From contig OX597837.1 in assembly GCA_951406725.2 (NCBI GenBank), forward strand, positions 36,332,001 through 36,396,000: DNA of 64,000 nt, written 5' to 3'. Each line of letters begins with the position of its first letter. Position 1 is the stretch's first letter. Below, in pieces: positions 42,272 through 56,139 of the stretch. The notes beneath the pieces are model-generated. The model worked only from the letters and a program-made list of their open reading frames with translations, was not told where the DNA came from and searched no databases. This stretch comes from Octopus vulgaris (Eukaryota). The position numbers and the translations under genes are program-made.

Positions 42272-42307
42272 CTTTTTGTAGAAGAGCGTAGGCTCGAAAC
42301 ATCAAAG
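42272..42307 (+). ncRNA. Hammerhead-like motif, variant core, decayed
   Basis: cuuu UUGUAGA A GAGC-guag-GCUC GAAA CA UC aaag. Confidence 0.35.
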
Positions 42308-42552
42308 ATTCTTCCATTTTTTCCTGAGCGTCACTAATTCTCACTCTTCGTTACTAGCGTTTATATACACGCGCGCACATACACATATACATACACATAC
42401 ACATACGCACACACAAGCACACACAAATATATGTAGAGAGAGAGAGGGAGACAGGGGGCAGAGAGAGGAATAGATAGATGTTACAGATAGATAGATAGAT
42501 ATATAGATAGATACATACATACATACATACATACATAGATAGATAGACAGAT

Positions 42553-42648
<96 letters not shown>

Positions 42649-43205
42649 TAAGCTAAATTATACGGTGAATCCTTCACTTTTTTTAAGACAGCAAGAAGTT
42701 CTGATTTTGACCGAACCAATATATACCGTATATATATATATGTAATATCTATCTATATACCTGATCTTTATATGTGAACCATATATGCGGTGTGTGTGTG
42801 TATATAGCTTATATATATATATATGTATGTATGTATGTATTGTCTTTGTATATGTTGCCTAATAAATGGTCTATATATGCAGTTTATAAATGATATCATT
42901 TGGTGCGATCTATGTCTATGGTCTGTGTATGTAACGTTTCCCTTTTTAATTTGTCTGTGTTTTTATATAAAGTGTGTGCATGTGTGGATGTAATCTATTT
43001 ATGCAATCTGTGTGTGTGTGTGTGTGTGTCTACAACATATCTGTAACCGCATCTTTCAGAGGTATTCTTGAAAGACCTCTCTCCTCTTATTTTCGTTCTT
43101 CTTTTTCGTTGTTGCTGTTGTTCTCATTGTTCTTGCCATTGTTGTTGCTGTTGCTGCTATTCATGGATTTCACGTATTCCTGCAGTGTTTTTGTTGTTAT
43201 TGTTG

Positions 43206-43258
<53 letters not shown>

Positions 43259-43364
43259 GTCTTCGTTTTTTTATTGTCAATAATGGACTTTTCATCGTTG
43301 ATTTTTCAGACAATGGTGCTAATGTTAGTGCTCCAGTTGATGCGACTGTTGTTGTTGTTGTTGT

Positions 43365-44575
43365 TGTGGTGGTGGAGGTGGTGGTGGTGGTGGTGGTGGT
43401 GGTGGTGGTGGTGGTGGTGGTGGTGGTGATAGTGGTGGTCGTGGTGGTAGTGGTGGTCGTGGTGGTGGAGGTGGTGGCGACGGTCGTGGTGGCGACGGCG
43501 GCGGCGGAGGTGGTGGTGGTGATGGTGGTGGTGGTGTGGTGGGGGTGGTGGTGGGGGTGGGGGTGGTGGTGGTGGTGGAGGTTATGGTGATGGAGGTTAT
43601 GGTGGTGGTGGTGGTGGTAGTGGAGGAGGTGGTGGTGGTGGTGGTGGTGGTTATGGTGGTGGAGGCGGCGGTGGGGGTGGGTGAGTGGCGGTGAGGAAGT
43701 GGTGATGGTGGTGGTTGTAGTTGTGGATGTAAGGAGATAGTGATAGTGGCGGTGGTGATGGCGGTAGTGGTGACGGAGGAGGTGGAGGTGACCGCTATGG
43801 AGGAGGTCATAGTGATGATGATGGCGGTGGTGGTGGTGGTGGTGGTGGTGGTGATGTTGGAGGTCGTGGTCGTGGTTGAGGTGTAGTAATGGTGGAGGTA
43901 GTAGTAGTGGTGATGGCGGTGGTGGTAGTGATGGTGCTGTTGATGGTATCACTGTTGTTTTGGTTGTAGTTAAGGTTTTTTAGACTGCGTTGTGTTCTGT
44001 GTTGCCTTTTTGCTGTTGTTGTTGTTGTTGGCGTTCACGTAGTTGTAGGAGAAGGAGAGGAGGGGGAGGAGGGTGTGGAGTTGGTGACCATAATGGTGGT
44101 AGTGCTGATGGTGATAGTGGAGGTGGTGGTGGTGGTGGTGGTGGTGGTGGTGGTGGTGGTGGTGGTGGTGGTGGTGGAGGTGGTGGTGGAGGTGGTGGTG
44201 GAGGTGGTGGTGGAGGTGGTGGTGGAGGTGGTGGTGGAGGTTGTGGTGGAGGTGGTGGTAGAAGTGGTGGTGGTAGTGGCAGTGGTGTTGTTGGTGGTGG
44301 TGGTGGTGGTGGTTTTGGTGGTGGTGGTGGTGGTGGTGGTGGTGATGATGATGATGATGATCGTGTATCTTCAAAGAAAAACCTCGAACAGAAGCCGTTT
44401 TGAAACAACTAGGTTAACGTCGGAAGATAAGAACTTTCCAGAATCTCTGTCCTGAGGAAAAACAAATGTTACCATGACATTTGCAGCCCACGAAAATCTC
44501 GACGGTGATTTATTAACCTACTCAGCTATCATCATCATCATCGTCATCATCATCATCATCATCACCATCATCTTT

Positions 44576-44614
<39 letters not shown>

Positions 44615-44638
44615 GTCATCATCATCATCATCATCATT

Positions 44639-44680
<42 letters not shown>

Positions 44681-44683
44681 TTT

Positions 44684-44724
<41 letters not shown>

Positions 44725-44725
44725 T

Positions 44726-44767
<42 letters not shown>

Positions 44768-44770
44768 TTT

Positions 44771-44824
<54 letters not shown>

Positions 44825-44864
44825 TTTATCATCATCATCATCGTCATCATCATCATCGTCATCG

Positions 44865-44896
<32 letters not shown>

Positions 44897-44938
44897 TTTA
44901 TCATCATCATCATCATCATCATCATTGTCATCGTCATT

Positions 44939-44974
<36 letters not shown>

Positions 44975-44990
44975 TTTATCATCATTATCA
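43365..44990. repeat. (GGT)n-rich block and (CAT)n block separated by a 165-bp unique island
   Basis: Directly visible. Confidence 0.85.
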
Positions 44991-44993
44991 TTG

Positions 44994-45165
44994 AAGGCGG
45001 TGAGCAGACAGAATCGTTTGCGCGCCAGGAAAAAAATACTTTGCGGCATTTCGTCCGTCTTTACGTTCTGAGTTCAAATTCCACGGAGGTTAACTCTGCT
45101 TTGCATCGTTTCGGGGTCCGATAATATAAATACCATTTGATCACTGAGATCCATGTAATAACACA
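44994..45165 (+). mobile_element. Degenerate family A SINE
   Basis: AAGGCGGTGAGC head and GTTCTGAGTTCAAATTCC. Confidence 0.75.
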
Positions 45166-45216
45166 CTTGCAATGAACTTACAGGACTTGTACCAAAGTTT
45201 GAAATCATTCTTCTTT

Positions 45217-45302
<86 letters not shown>

Positions 45303-45304
<2 letters not shown>

Positions 45305-45572
45305 GTTTGACTTTTGCTTTATATTTATACAAGTTGGCTCCAAGTCTCACCCGGAGACCTCAAGAGACAACAGGTTGGAAGTTCACGTTGTTGTTATGCC
45401 TAGTGTGCCATATATTTGGTTTTGTATTTAGTGTTGTACTAGTGAATGTCTAAAAAAAAATGTTTGTTTTAAATCTTGAGATTACATAGAAAGTATTTTG
45501 CGTAGGATATGAGCAGTTCCCATGAGCACTATCTTTTGAATTTCTGCCATTTTTGGGTTTCCTGGTATCTGA

Positions 45573-45575
<3 letters not shown>
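45303..45575 (-). mobile_element. Dong/R4 LINE 3' end
   Basis: TQIPGNPKMAEIQKIVLMGTAHILRKILSM* plus 3' UTR, between (AAT)n tracts. Confidence 0.9.
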
Positions 45576-45613
<38 letters not shown>

Positions 45614-45642
45614 CATCATCATCATCATCATCATTATTATTA

Positions 45643-46186
45643 TTGAGTGAGAGAGCAGTGACACTGGGGTAAAATATACGAAGCCCAGTATACCCATCAT
45701 GACCACCCGTCTGATAAGGGCACACCAGGCACATGCATCACAACCATATGTGCGCGACATGGTGATCTCATAACAAAATAAACAGCGCATAACCTTGCAG
45801 ATGGAGCCCAGCTAGAATTTTCTTCTGGTCGAGTAACCCATCCCGCTTAAAAGGTCCCTGAATAAGGATTGTTTAAGGATGTTGACTGAAACACCCATGT
45901 TTCCAAAGATAAATTATCCAAACCCCCAAAGAATCCCTCTCAACACATGGCTATGATGCTCCCCCACTACTACTGCTTGTGATCAGAGATGCACATATCG
46001 TCAGCCACTAAGGGACATGCTCAACTGGTTATGGTCAAACAACTGACAAGCAAATCTGTGGTATTGAGCAGAATATTTGCTGTAGCCCATCTTTTATACC
46101 AAAACAAAACAATGTACAGGGTAACACTTCCAATCAGTTAAGATCAGAAGCCATGAGAGCCACTGCCTGGTACTGCACCAGGGCAT
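45643..46186 (-). mobile_element. Repeat 'X', longest copy (~545 bp), (AAT)n-flanked
   Basis: Contains the sequences of 6916-7160 and 10046-10405 plus ~210 bp more at the 5' end. Confidence 0.85.
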
Positions 46187-46207
46187 TTATTATTATTATT
46201 ATTATTA

Positions 46208-46251
<44 letters not shown>

Positions 46252-46264
46252 ATCATCATCGTCG

Positions 46265-46329
<65 letters not shown>

Positions 46330-46442
46330 GTTATTATTATTATTATTATATTTATTATTATCATTTTTATTATCATTATTATTATTATTTTTTATTCTCA
46401 TTATTATTATTATTATTAGTATTACTATTATTATCATCACCA

Positions 46443-46492
<50 letters not shown>

Positions 46493-46963
46493 GAAACTAA
46501 ATTGTTGATGCCTTTATGGGAAGAATACAATGGAAAACGTTATGGGATCGAGGGACAATAATCCCTAATCTTGCACTGAATGAGGCTGTCATCAAAGGAA
46601 GTTGAGACCTTGTTTTAATGTTCGGTTACAATGACCAGCAAGGAAAAGAACCACAACAACAACAACATCAACAATGACAAAAACCAAAACTACAGCAAAA
46701 TATGAAGCGAAAGGACAGCAACGTTAACAACATCAACAATATATATCATAAACATAAACATCATCGTCGTCGTCATCATCATCATCGTCATCATCGCCCT
46801 CGCCATCATCATCATCACAATTACCACAGCCCCCCACCACCACCACCAACACAACTACCACCACTGCCCCACCGCCAGAGCCTCCATCATCAGTATCATT
46901 ACTATCATCATCGTCATGATTATCATTAACATCATCATCATCGCCACCATCATCGTCGTCATC

Positions 46964-46998
<35 letters not shown>

Positions 46999-47615
46999 TT
47001 CTTCTTCTTCTTCTTCTTCTTCTTCTTCTTCTTCTTCTTCTTCCTTATTATCATCATCGTCACAATAATCACTACCGCTGCTACTACTACCGCCACCACC
47101 AACACCAACACCACTACAACAACAACAATAACAACAGCCACAAGAACAACAGCAATAGCTATTAGTTTCCACAACAACGGCAACAATAAAAAATGGCCGC
47201 TACAATAACTCTAGCAACAACAACGACAACAGCAAAAACCTTAACTGCAACACAAACTACAACAACATCCATCGTTGCAACGACATCAACAGTTGGACTT
47301 ACAGCAGCAGCAGCAAAGATTGTTGCAAAAATATTAACAACAACAACAACAGCAACGGTGTCAATAAAGACAAAAGCTACAACAACAACAACAATAGGTG
47401 CAGAAACAAAAGTTGCAACTATGGCAACAGCGAAAATAATAACAACAACAACAATTACAACGACACATTTCTATATTTAAGAGATGAGGAATTATGTACA
47501 TTATGGCGTAGTGGTTAAGAGCGTGGGTTACTAACCCCCGAGATTCCGAGTTCGATTCCAAGCAGTGACATGAACACTAATAATAATAATGATGATAATA
47601 ATAATAATAATAACA

Positions 47616-47997
47616 GTGGTAAGTAGCTTGCTTACCAACCACATGGTTCCGGGTTCAGTCCCACAGCGTGGCACCTTGGGCAAGTGTCTTCTACTATAGC
47701 CTCGGGCCGAGTAAAGCCTTGTGAGTGGATTTGGTTGACGGAAACTGAAAGAAGCCCGTCGTATATACGTATGTGTATGTGTGTATATGTTTGTATGTCT
47801 GTGTTTGTCCCCCTAGCATTGCTTGACATCTGATGCTGGTGTGTTTACGTCCCCGTAACTTAGCGGTTCGGCAAAAGAGACCGATAGAATAAGTACTAGG
47901 CTTGCAAAGAATAAGTGCTGGGGTCGATTTGCTCGACTAAAGGCGGTGATCCAGCATGGCCACAGTCAAATGACTGAAACAAGTAAAAGAGTAAAGA

Positions 47998-48000
<3 letters not shown>
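47616..48000 (+). mobile_element. Family B SINE inserted in (AAT)n
   Basis: Near-identical to 20297-20735. Confidence 0.92.
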
Positions 48001-48045
<45 letters not shown>

Positions 48046-48092
48046 TCGAAAAATACCTTAGGAATGAGAGCCCAGGTTCGAAATTTCCCCAA

Positions 48093-48138
48093 GACACCTG
48101 ATGAAGGCTGGAGGATATATCAGCCGAAACGTTGTGTT
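48093..48138 (+). ncRNA. Minimal type-I hammerhead ribozyme, best-preserved copy
   Basis: GACAC CUGAUGA A GGCUG-10nt-CAGCC GAAA CG UU GUGUU: 5-bp stem I, 5-bp stem II, palindromic ACGU stem III; predicted cleavage after 48133. Confidence 0.8.
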
Positions 48139-48751
48139 AACAACAAACAAGGTGGGGACAACTATCTGTTGAAAGTAAATAATTACAACGACAACATCAA
48201 CAATAATGGTTGCTCCAGCACTAACAGCAATGGCGATGACTAGCAATGAGAAAGAGCAGTGGTGCTCCGTCGGTTGCGACGACGAGGTTTCGAGTTGATC
48301 CGATCAACGCAACAGCCTGCTCGTGAAATTAAAGCACATTTGGCTGAGTACTCCACACATTATTAATTAAGATCGCCTTCGGTCATGAATGGTCAGGAGA
48401 TTGCAACTAGATATCAGCTTGGCATCAATGATGTCGCAACTCATTTCTACAGCTGAGTTAACAGCAGCAACGTGAAATAAAGTGTCTTGTTCAAGAACGA
48501 GACGCACATACCAGTTCGAGAAGCGAACTCACTACTTCACGACTGGGAATGAAAACAAAACAAGACAGAGAATGAGAAATACCGGAAGGGGGGGAGGCGA
48601 ATGTATCACCTGCAAAAACTTTTTTAAAGCATGGCACTTATTCAATCAGTTTTCTTATATCCGCTAAGTTACTGCGATATAAACTCACAAACACCGGTTA
48701 ACCAGTGGTTGTCGGTACACAAAAACAAAGACCACACACATACACACGCAC

Positions 48752-48811
<60 letters not shown>

Positions 48812-48906
48812 ATATTATTGTTTACAACAATGTCAACTGTTTACCATCAAGGTAAAAATTATTAATTAATAATTAAGAGTGCTACAATTAATGATGGTTA
48901 TTTATA

Positions 48907-48959
<53 letters not shown>

Positions 48960-49112
48960 GATCAGCTTCTTTCTGATTCCGCTTACCAAATCCACTGACA
49001 AGGCTTTGTTCTGCCCCAGGCTATAGTAGAAGACACTTGCCCAAGGTGCCACGCAGAGGGACTGAACCCGGAACAATGTGGTTGGGAAGCAAGCTTCGTA
49101 CCACACAGCCAC
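48960..49112 (-). mobile_element. Family B SINE 5' portion
   Basis: Reverse complement of 20288-20440. Confidence 0.85.
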
Positions 49113-49135
49113 GCATGTATATTTATATAATATAA

Positions 49136-49167
<32 letters not shown>

Positions 49168-49213
49168 GCATTATATTGTATGTATTGTATTATATGTATA
49201 TATATATATATAT

Positions 49214-49272
49214 AAAGGTATCGCTGACGAAACTTCCGACTAAACACTCCCCATTTTTATAAATACATACAC

Positions 49273-49318
<46 letters not shown>

Positions 49319-49377
49319 GTGTATGTATTTATAAAAATGGGGAGTGTTTAGTCGGAAGTTTCGTCAGCGATACCTTT
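49214..49377. repeat. Perfect 164-bp palindrome (62-bp arms around (TA)20)
   Basis: 49214-49275 is the exact reverse complement of 49316-49377. Confidence 0.92.
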
Positions 49378-49810
49378 CTCTGAAAACAGGTTATTCTGAT
49401 ACGGCTGTAATGGTGGCAAAAGTTCCGTGTAAACAATCGCCAGGAATAATAAACCTTATTTGGAATCGAGAATCGACACTGCGTTCTTTGTTCTGTACAT
49501 CAGTGCATTTTTAGTTCATTCGAGTACATTGTCTGTGTGTATGTCTGGGTGTTTGTGTGTGTGTGCGTATGAATGCGTGTGTATATAAGTGTATATATAT
49601 ATATGTGTTTGAATATACATGTTTATATATATATATGTATACATATATATGTATATATATATACACACACATACAATTTTGTCTGATGTTATAACACGAA
49701 ACTCGACACTCCAGAATAACCATTGTTGTTTTTTCAGCAGCAAAATTAATTTAATATATATATACATATACATAGATATATATGTGTGTATATATATGTG
49801 AATATATGTA

Positions 49811-49849
<39 letters not shown>

Positions 49850-49871
49850 TTGTTTATATATATATGTATTT

Positions 49872-49920
<49 letters not shown>

Positions 49921-50013
49921 TATATATACATATATACGTATATATATATATCTATATGTATATACATGCCTATATATATATGTATGTATATATATACATA
50001 CCTATATATATAT

Positions 50014-50066
<53 letters not shown>

Positions 50067-52602
50067 GATATAATATAATATGTATATGGGTGCGAAATTT
50101 GAGTTCGCAGACATGTTATGCGTGTGTGTGTGGAGAGAGAGAGAGAGAGAGAGAGAGAAGTTTGTTTATATGCAGTTGCGCGTGTCTGTGTAATAATATG
50201 TGTAAGCATGTGTATTCGACTGTGCCTGTTTCTCTTTTTTGTTTGTGTTTGCGAGTGAGTGCGTGTGTGCATGAGCCTGTGTACGAAGCCAGATCTGGAA
50301 AGAAACCTCCTAACATAAACAGGTCAGTAATGAAGTTCCAACCATTTCCAGCAGCACCGTTGCCCTCAGCCATTGTCAAAGCACAATCAACAGTATCGGA
50401 ACAACCACCGTCACCAGCACCAACGCTACCGACACCGCCGCTGTCGCTACTATTATGAAAGACATCATGAATAAGGCTGTTGGTATCACCACTATCGCCA
50501 ACAACACATCTTCGTTGCCACCTCATCAACACTATCACCAAGACTATCGCACTTAGAACTCTAGCGTTACACTGCCATTACTACATCTTCATCAACATCA
50601 TCACAATCACCATCATAATCATCACGATCACCATCACCACATTCATCACCATCATCATGATCACCAATACCATCATCACAACCACTATCATCTCTACTAC
50701 CATACCAATACCATCATCCTCACCATTACCACCATCACAACCATCACCATCGCCAGCACCAGCACCATCAACACCCTCATACTACCATCATCATCCTCAT
50801 CCTCATCATCATCATCATCATCACCCATCACCACCACCATCACTTCCATCATCATCGTCATCACCATCATCACTAATATTATCAGTATCATCATTACCAC
50901 CGTCATCACCATCGCCATCAGCAACCTCAACACCACCACCGCCGCCACCGCCGCCACCGCCACCACCGTTACTTGAACCCCGACAACCTTGACCGTCATC
51001 ACTAACACTGACAAAACCACAGCGTCCACCATCGCTACACCATCTCCCACACCATCACTACTACTACTAGTACTGAAACCATAGAAAATAAGACCACCAG
51101 AAGCACCAACGCCTTCAACAACAGCAACAACAATACCAATAACGACAAACCTTCACTTTTAACCATCGTCGACAACAACAAACAAAAACAAAAGAGAAAA
51201 ACAACAACAACAACAACAGTAAAATCAACGACCTTATATGTTCATATTGCAATGGCGGTGGAATGTGGGGGGCGGGGGGAGTGAACAATGGCAATTATAC
51301 AATAACAACAACAACAGCAACAACAGCAACAACAAAAGTGGCCCCGAAACAGCAACAACAATGAGAAGCACGAAAAACAATCCTAATACAAGAAGAAGAA
51401 GAAGAAGAAGAAGAAGAAGAAGAAGAAGAAGAAGAAGAAGAAGAAGGAGGAGAAGAAGGAGAAGGAGGAGGAGGAGGAGCAACTGGTGGTGGTGGTGGTG
51501 GTGGTGGAAGAGGACAAGGAGAAAAGAAGAAGAAGAAGAAGAAGAAGAAGCAACTGGTGGTGGTGGAAGAGGGGGAGGAGAAGAAGAAGAAGAAGAAGAA
51601 GAAGAAGAAGAAGAAGCAACAGGTGGTGGTCGTCGTTGTTATTGTTGTTGTGGTGGTGGTGGTGGAAGAGAAGAAACAACAACAACAACAAAAGCGACAA
51701 CAACAACAACAAAAACCACAACAACCACAACGTCACCAAGAACGTCAACAATATTGAAACATTAACTGTAACAACAACAACAACAACAACAGAAACAATT
51801 GCGACGAAGACAACATTAACGGTTACAATAGTTAAAACTTCACAGAGAACAACAACCTTATTTAACGCCATTCTCGTTCACTCCTCTTTCTTCTTTTTGT
51901 TTTGTTTTTGGTATTTATTCTATTATTCTATTATTCTTTTATTCTTTGGTCCTTTTTATTCTGGTTTTATTCATATATATTTGTTTTTTTTTGGTTTTTT
52001 TTCTTTATTTTCGTTTGGTTTTTACAACGGTGTGGCCCGTTAAGAGAAGATAATTTCATATTAGAGGAGAACCTGATGTGTTTCGCATTGATGTCCAAAG
52101 CCGCAATTGTCATAAAAACAAATGGCGACCAAAGCTAAATGTGATCTGAAAGGTGAAAGAGAGGGAGAGAGAGGGAGTGTGGAGGTAAAGAGAGAGTGGG
52201 AAATAGAGAGAGAGAAAACAAGAGAGTTGTGGCGGGAGGGAGAGAGTGTTTGTAACGTAACGGCCATTTTTGTTTTGGAGAGATTTGACTTCAGTCATAA
52301 ACAACCGGTGTTGTTAAATTGGTGTGTTTTGGTTGACTATAATAGTGTGGTAAGAGAGAGATGGGGTGAGGGAGGAAAGGGTGAGTGGAGGGTGAGGACG
52401 ATGGAGGGGGAAGGGAGGGTACAGAGAGGGAGAGAGGGAGATGATTACAGAAATGGGCAGATGAAGCAGGAATGAAGAGAAGCAGGAATAGACATTGTGT
52501 CTGTGTGTGTGTGTGTGTGTTTGAGTGTGTGTGTGTGTGTGTGTGTTTGAGGGTGTGTGTGTGTGTGAGTGTGTGTATGTGTGAGTGTGTGTGTGTGTGT
52601 GT

Positions 52603-52645
<43 letters not shown>

Positions 52646-52679
52646 TGTGTGTGTGTGTATGTGTGAGTGTGGTTGTGTA

Positions 52680-52727
<48 letters not shown>

Positions 52728-52994
52728 TGTGTGTGTGAAAGAGAGACTGACAAAGATAGAAAGTGAAAGAGATATAGAAGGGGACAAAGACAGAGAGAGA
52801 GAAAGAAAGTGAGAATTACAGAAAATGACAGGAGAAATGAAATGTGTGTGTGTGTGTGTGTGTGTTTTATGTGTGCATACTCTCATACATATGTGTGTAT
52901 GTATGTGTATGCAAATGTATATACATAAATGCTCATGTATGTGTATAATTATAAATGTAAAAATATGTATATATTTATACATATGAATACATAA

Positions 52995-53985
52995 ATATTA
53001 TTACAATACAATAATGCCGGGTGTTCAAAAAGTCTCTCCGCAGTGAATTTCTTTCATCTTGACTCTCCAAGAGTCAAATTATCCAAGATATATTTAAAAA
53101 CATGTGTAGAGGAGTCAACTTATGTATTGAAAATGAAGGATGACACTTTCAACACCTCTTCTAAAGTTTTTTAAAGTCTTGTAAAGTCTAAAATATTCTT
53201 TTGTAGTCTTATACCATCTTATAAATATTTATTTTGCAATAAAATATTGCGGAGAGACTTTTTGAACACCCTGTATCATTTTCCAGCGAAATAAAGCACC
53301 GCAAAGGTATCGATTTTTGCTAGAAATAGTAGTCGATAACTGTTCGACGCTAGGTAAGGCTTCACTGAATGTATAAAGGCAAAGATGTGTGCCGGCGACG
53401 AATATCAAAACTTTTTGACTTACCTCTAGGAAGGATGCCAGAGAAACGGTCGACCTAGTACTCGGGTTTCGAACTTTTCAGAACACGGTTGTTATGGTAA
53501 AACTGTTTGGTCCTCGTTAGCTAGGTCTACCGAAGAGACTAAATTTTAAATAACCACTACATCAATGCCTGTATACTCGGCCAATAGCCCCAACCATAAA
53601 CAGGATCGAGATCAAAGAAAACGGTTTATATGAATTTCGTTATGGGATTTGGTTTGCAAGATTCTTTATATGAGTTCGTGAGTTGAAGCATATTTTGTTG
53701 TGTCTGGGGAAAGTCATTTTCTTTTTGTGCCTTATAATTTAACACAATAGTCAAGACTATTGAAAAGGCTGCAAGACGCAAAGAAAATTTTAGGAAAATA
53801 AAAATAAGAAATAAGTGGAAATTTTACCAGTGAGTGTGCTAAATTATAAGGTACAAAAAGAAAATGACTCTCCCCAGACACAACAGGTTTATATAAAAAT
53901 ATAAATATAATATATTTACAATACAACAATGTTATTTTATGGTGCTTTATTTCGCTGGAAAATATTATTGTATTGTAATATATTA
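52995..53985. mobile_element. Fold-back element with outer and inner inverted repeats
   Basis: The outer left arm TATTACAATACAATAAT..TTTTCCAGCGAAATAAAGCACC (split by a MITE) pairs with 53940-53982; inner arms lie at ~53696-53744 and 53836-53886. Confidence 0.7.
53017..53273. mobile_element. Tc1/mariner-type MITE
   Basis: 26-bp TIRs C(C)GGGTGTTCAAAAAGTCTCTCCGCA / TGCGGAGAGACTTTTTGAACACCCTG|TA. Confidence 0.88.
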
Positions 53986-54182
53986 TACTTATATTTTATA
54001 TATATGTATGTATATGTATATACATTGGCCTGCTCGCTTGGCCAGCTGGGTGGCGTCATTTGAAGGCTAAAACAATGCGAAGCGCATTGTGACCAGCGAC
54101 GTGTAGCAACATCTGATAGCCTGGTCGGTCACGGTGTTCACGGTGATATATATATATACATATGTGTGTGTGTCTGTATGTC

Positions 54183-54219
<37 letters not shown>

Positions 54220-54714
54220 AATTGTGAGGGAAAATATAACGTGCAGAACATAAGGTCCATTGGATAGGAGAAAAGTATCGAACGTTGCTCGAAGAATTTG
54301 AGCGCATGTGTTCTGTAAACACGACAGATGTTCTACCATTATACCAAACCAGCCCTTCAAATTTCCTCCCACCATTTTAGAAGTTTCGCTCGTAACAGCT
54401 AGAACTGTGTGTTGTTTACGTCATTAGAACTTAGAAACTTCGAGAGACTGGAAATAGATCGTTTTCCTTCTATTTTTAATGGAGGTACTCGAAGTAGATA
54501 AAGCTATAAATAATAACATGCAGAATACTGAGTTTAAAAAAACAAAGCCTTGGGGCGTAAGAAGTCAAGAGCTACCCGTATCGTCTGAAAACATGATAGG
54601 TGCTGAACGTGTATTATTTTAAGAGTTAAACTGTTGGGTGATACAAGTGTTTTATTATATAATTCCCTTGCATTTATATTGCAATCTTAGTAGAAGCTCT
54701 TGAAGGAATATAGT

Positions 54715-54950
54715 CTGGTGGTTAGAGTATCGCATTCATGATAGCAAGATCGTGGTTTCAATTCGTTGTGTTCTTGAGCAAAACACTTCCTCTCACGTTT
54801 CTCTGCGACCACTTCAACACCTGACGCGTGGTGTACCGTACACCTGTTCAGGAAGCGTCGATTTGATGGAAGAAGTGAGCTAATGTACAACGTATATTTA
54901 CGATCGCTATAAGCAAATCATTTGCGCAGGTCGTTCGACAACAAACTGTA
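54715..54950 (+). mobile_element. Degenerate family C-like SINE
   Basis: GTGGTTAGAG..GGTTTCAATTC..GTGTTCTTGAGCAAAACACTTC; collinear with 19605-19880. Confidence 0.65.
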
Positions 54951-56139
54951 GCGCCATCTTTCTCGAACTACAAATGGCTGCCACACGAAGCTCGTAATAA
55001 AATGATGATAAAGTTTATGGAATTTAGGTACTAAAAATGTGATTAGATGAATATTTCCATTGCTTTATTGAACAATTATCTTTACGCTTAACTGAGTTAC
55101 TCACAAGTATATTAAATGCGGAAGAAAAAAATAGCTTTAAAAGAACACAAAAGACAAACACGATAAGATGAAACGAGAACTGCGGTTACTTTCATAATTC
55201 TGTTTGGAAGAATAAAAGGATCTTAAGGTGTTTTAAAAACGCTGTGTTGAATAGATAACAGGGTTTATTTGGGTCGAATTATTTTGAGGTTTGTGGAGTG
55301 TTAAGAGCGAAAGCAAGCTGTGTTATTTAATAAAATGTGTGTCAGTGAAATTTGGATCAAAGAGGCTTCGTTATAAAGATACAACATAATACGAGATAAC
55401 ACATCAAATTCGATTTTTAAAAAATGTTTATTGGAATCTGTATGTATATTAGTGTACGTTCACACACACACACAATTATGTGTGGTGTGTATGTGTGTAT
55501 GCATATATACACGAGTGAGTGAACGAAAATAGAAGATGGCTTTCATATATTTCGTAGGAATTAGATATAATTTAATAACAGCTTCACTCGGCGCCATTGC
55601 AGCTTCAGGTTTCGTAGGTTCGCAGAATAAACATATAAACATACGAGAGAGACAATTACGCGGATAAACAAATTAAATATATTAAATATAACAGCTTGGG
55701 TACGAAATACAAAATATGTATATATGTATACAGGCAAAACGAGAGGATACAAAGAGTGGAAGCTTACAGGCGATGAATATTTAAGTATAAACGTATAGGT
55801 ATTTATATTGATAGATCCAGCTTACACAGAGTACAAACGACAGAGGAAATTAAAGGGGAGGAAGATGTTGTAAGTCCAACAGCCGTTTGATCCCCCCGTA
55901 AAGACATTGAAGTCTAAGTTAACATCATTTGAGAGCTACTAAGTTTCTACCATACTGAGGCGCTCTTGATTTCATCTGGTGAATATAATCTATCAGTGTG
56001 TACGTGTACATACACACATACATACATACATACATACATACATACATACATACATACATACATACATACATACATACATACATACATGCATACATATATA
56101 TAGATACATACATACACACACACATATATATATATTCTT

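Larger units (their letters stand above)
47504..48183 (+). mobile_element. Putative tRNA-headed, hammerhead-bearing retroposon interrupted by a family B SINE
   Basis: A-box TGGCGTAGTGG (47504), B-box GAGTTCGATTCC (47548), (AAT)n split by a SINE, then body 48045-48183 with the hammerhead. The head-body linkage is inferred. Confidence 0.55.

Noticed and set aside
44360-44475. Minus-strand acceptor TTGTTTTTCCTCAG|G and a possible exon
   Set aside because: All frames stop quickly, there is no recognisable protein, and no matching donor was found.
53430-53800. Possible permuted or variant hammerheads (GAAACGGTC GACCTAG..CTAGGTC; TTGAAAA GGCTGC..GCAAAGAAAATTT)
   Set aside because: Multiple core mismatches and an unconvincing stem II.
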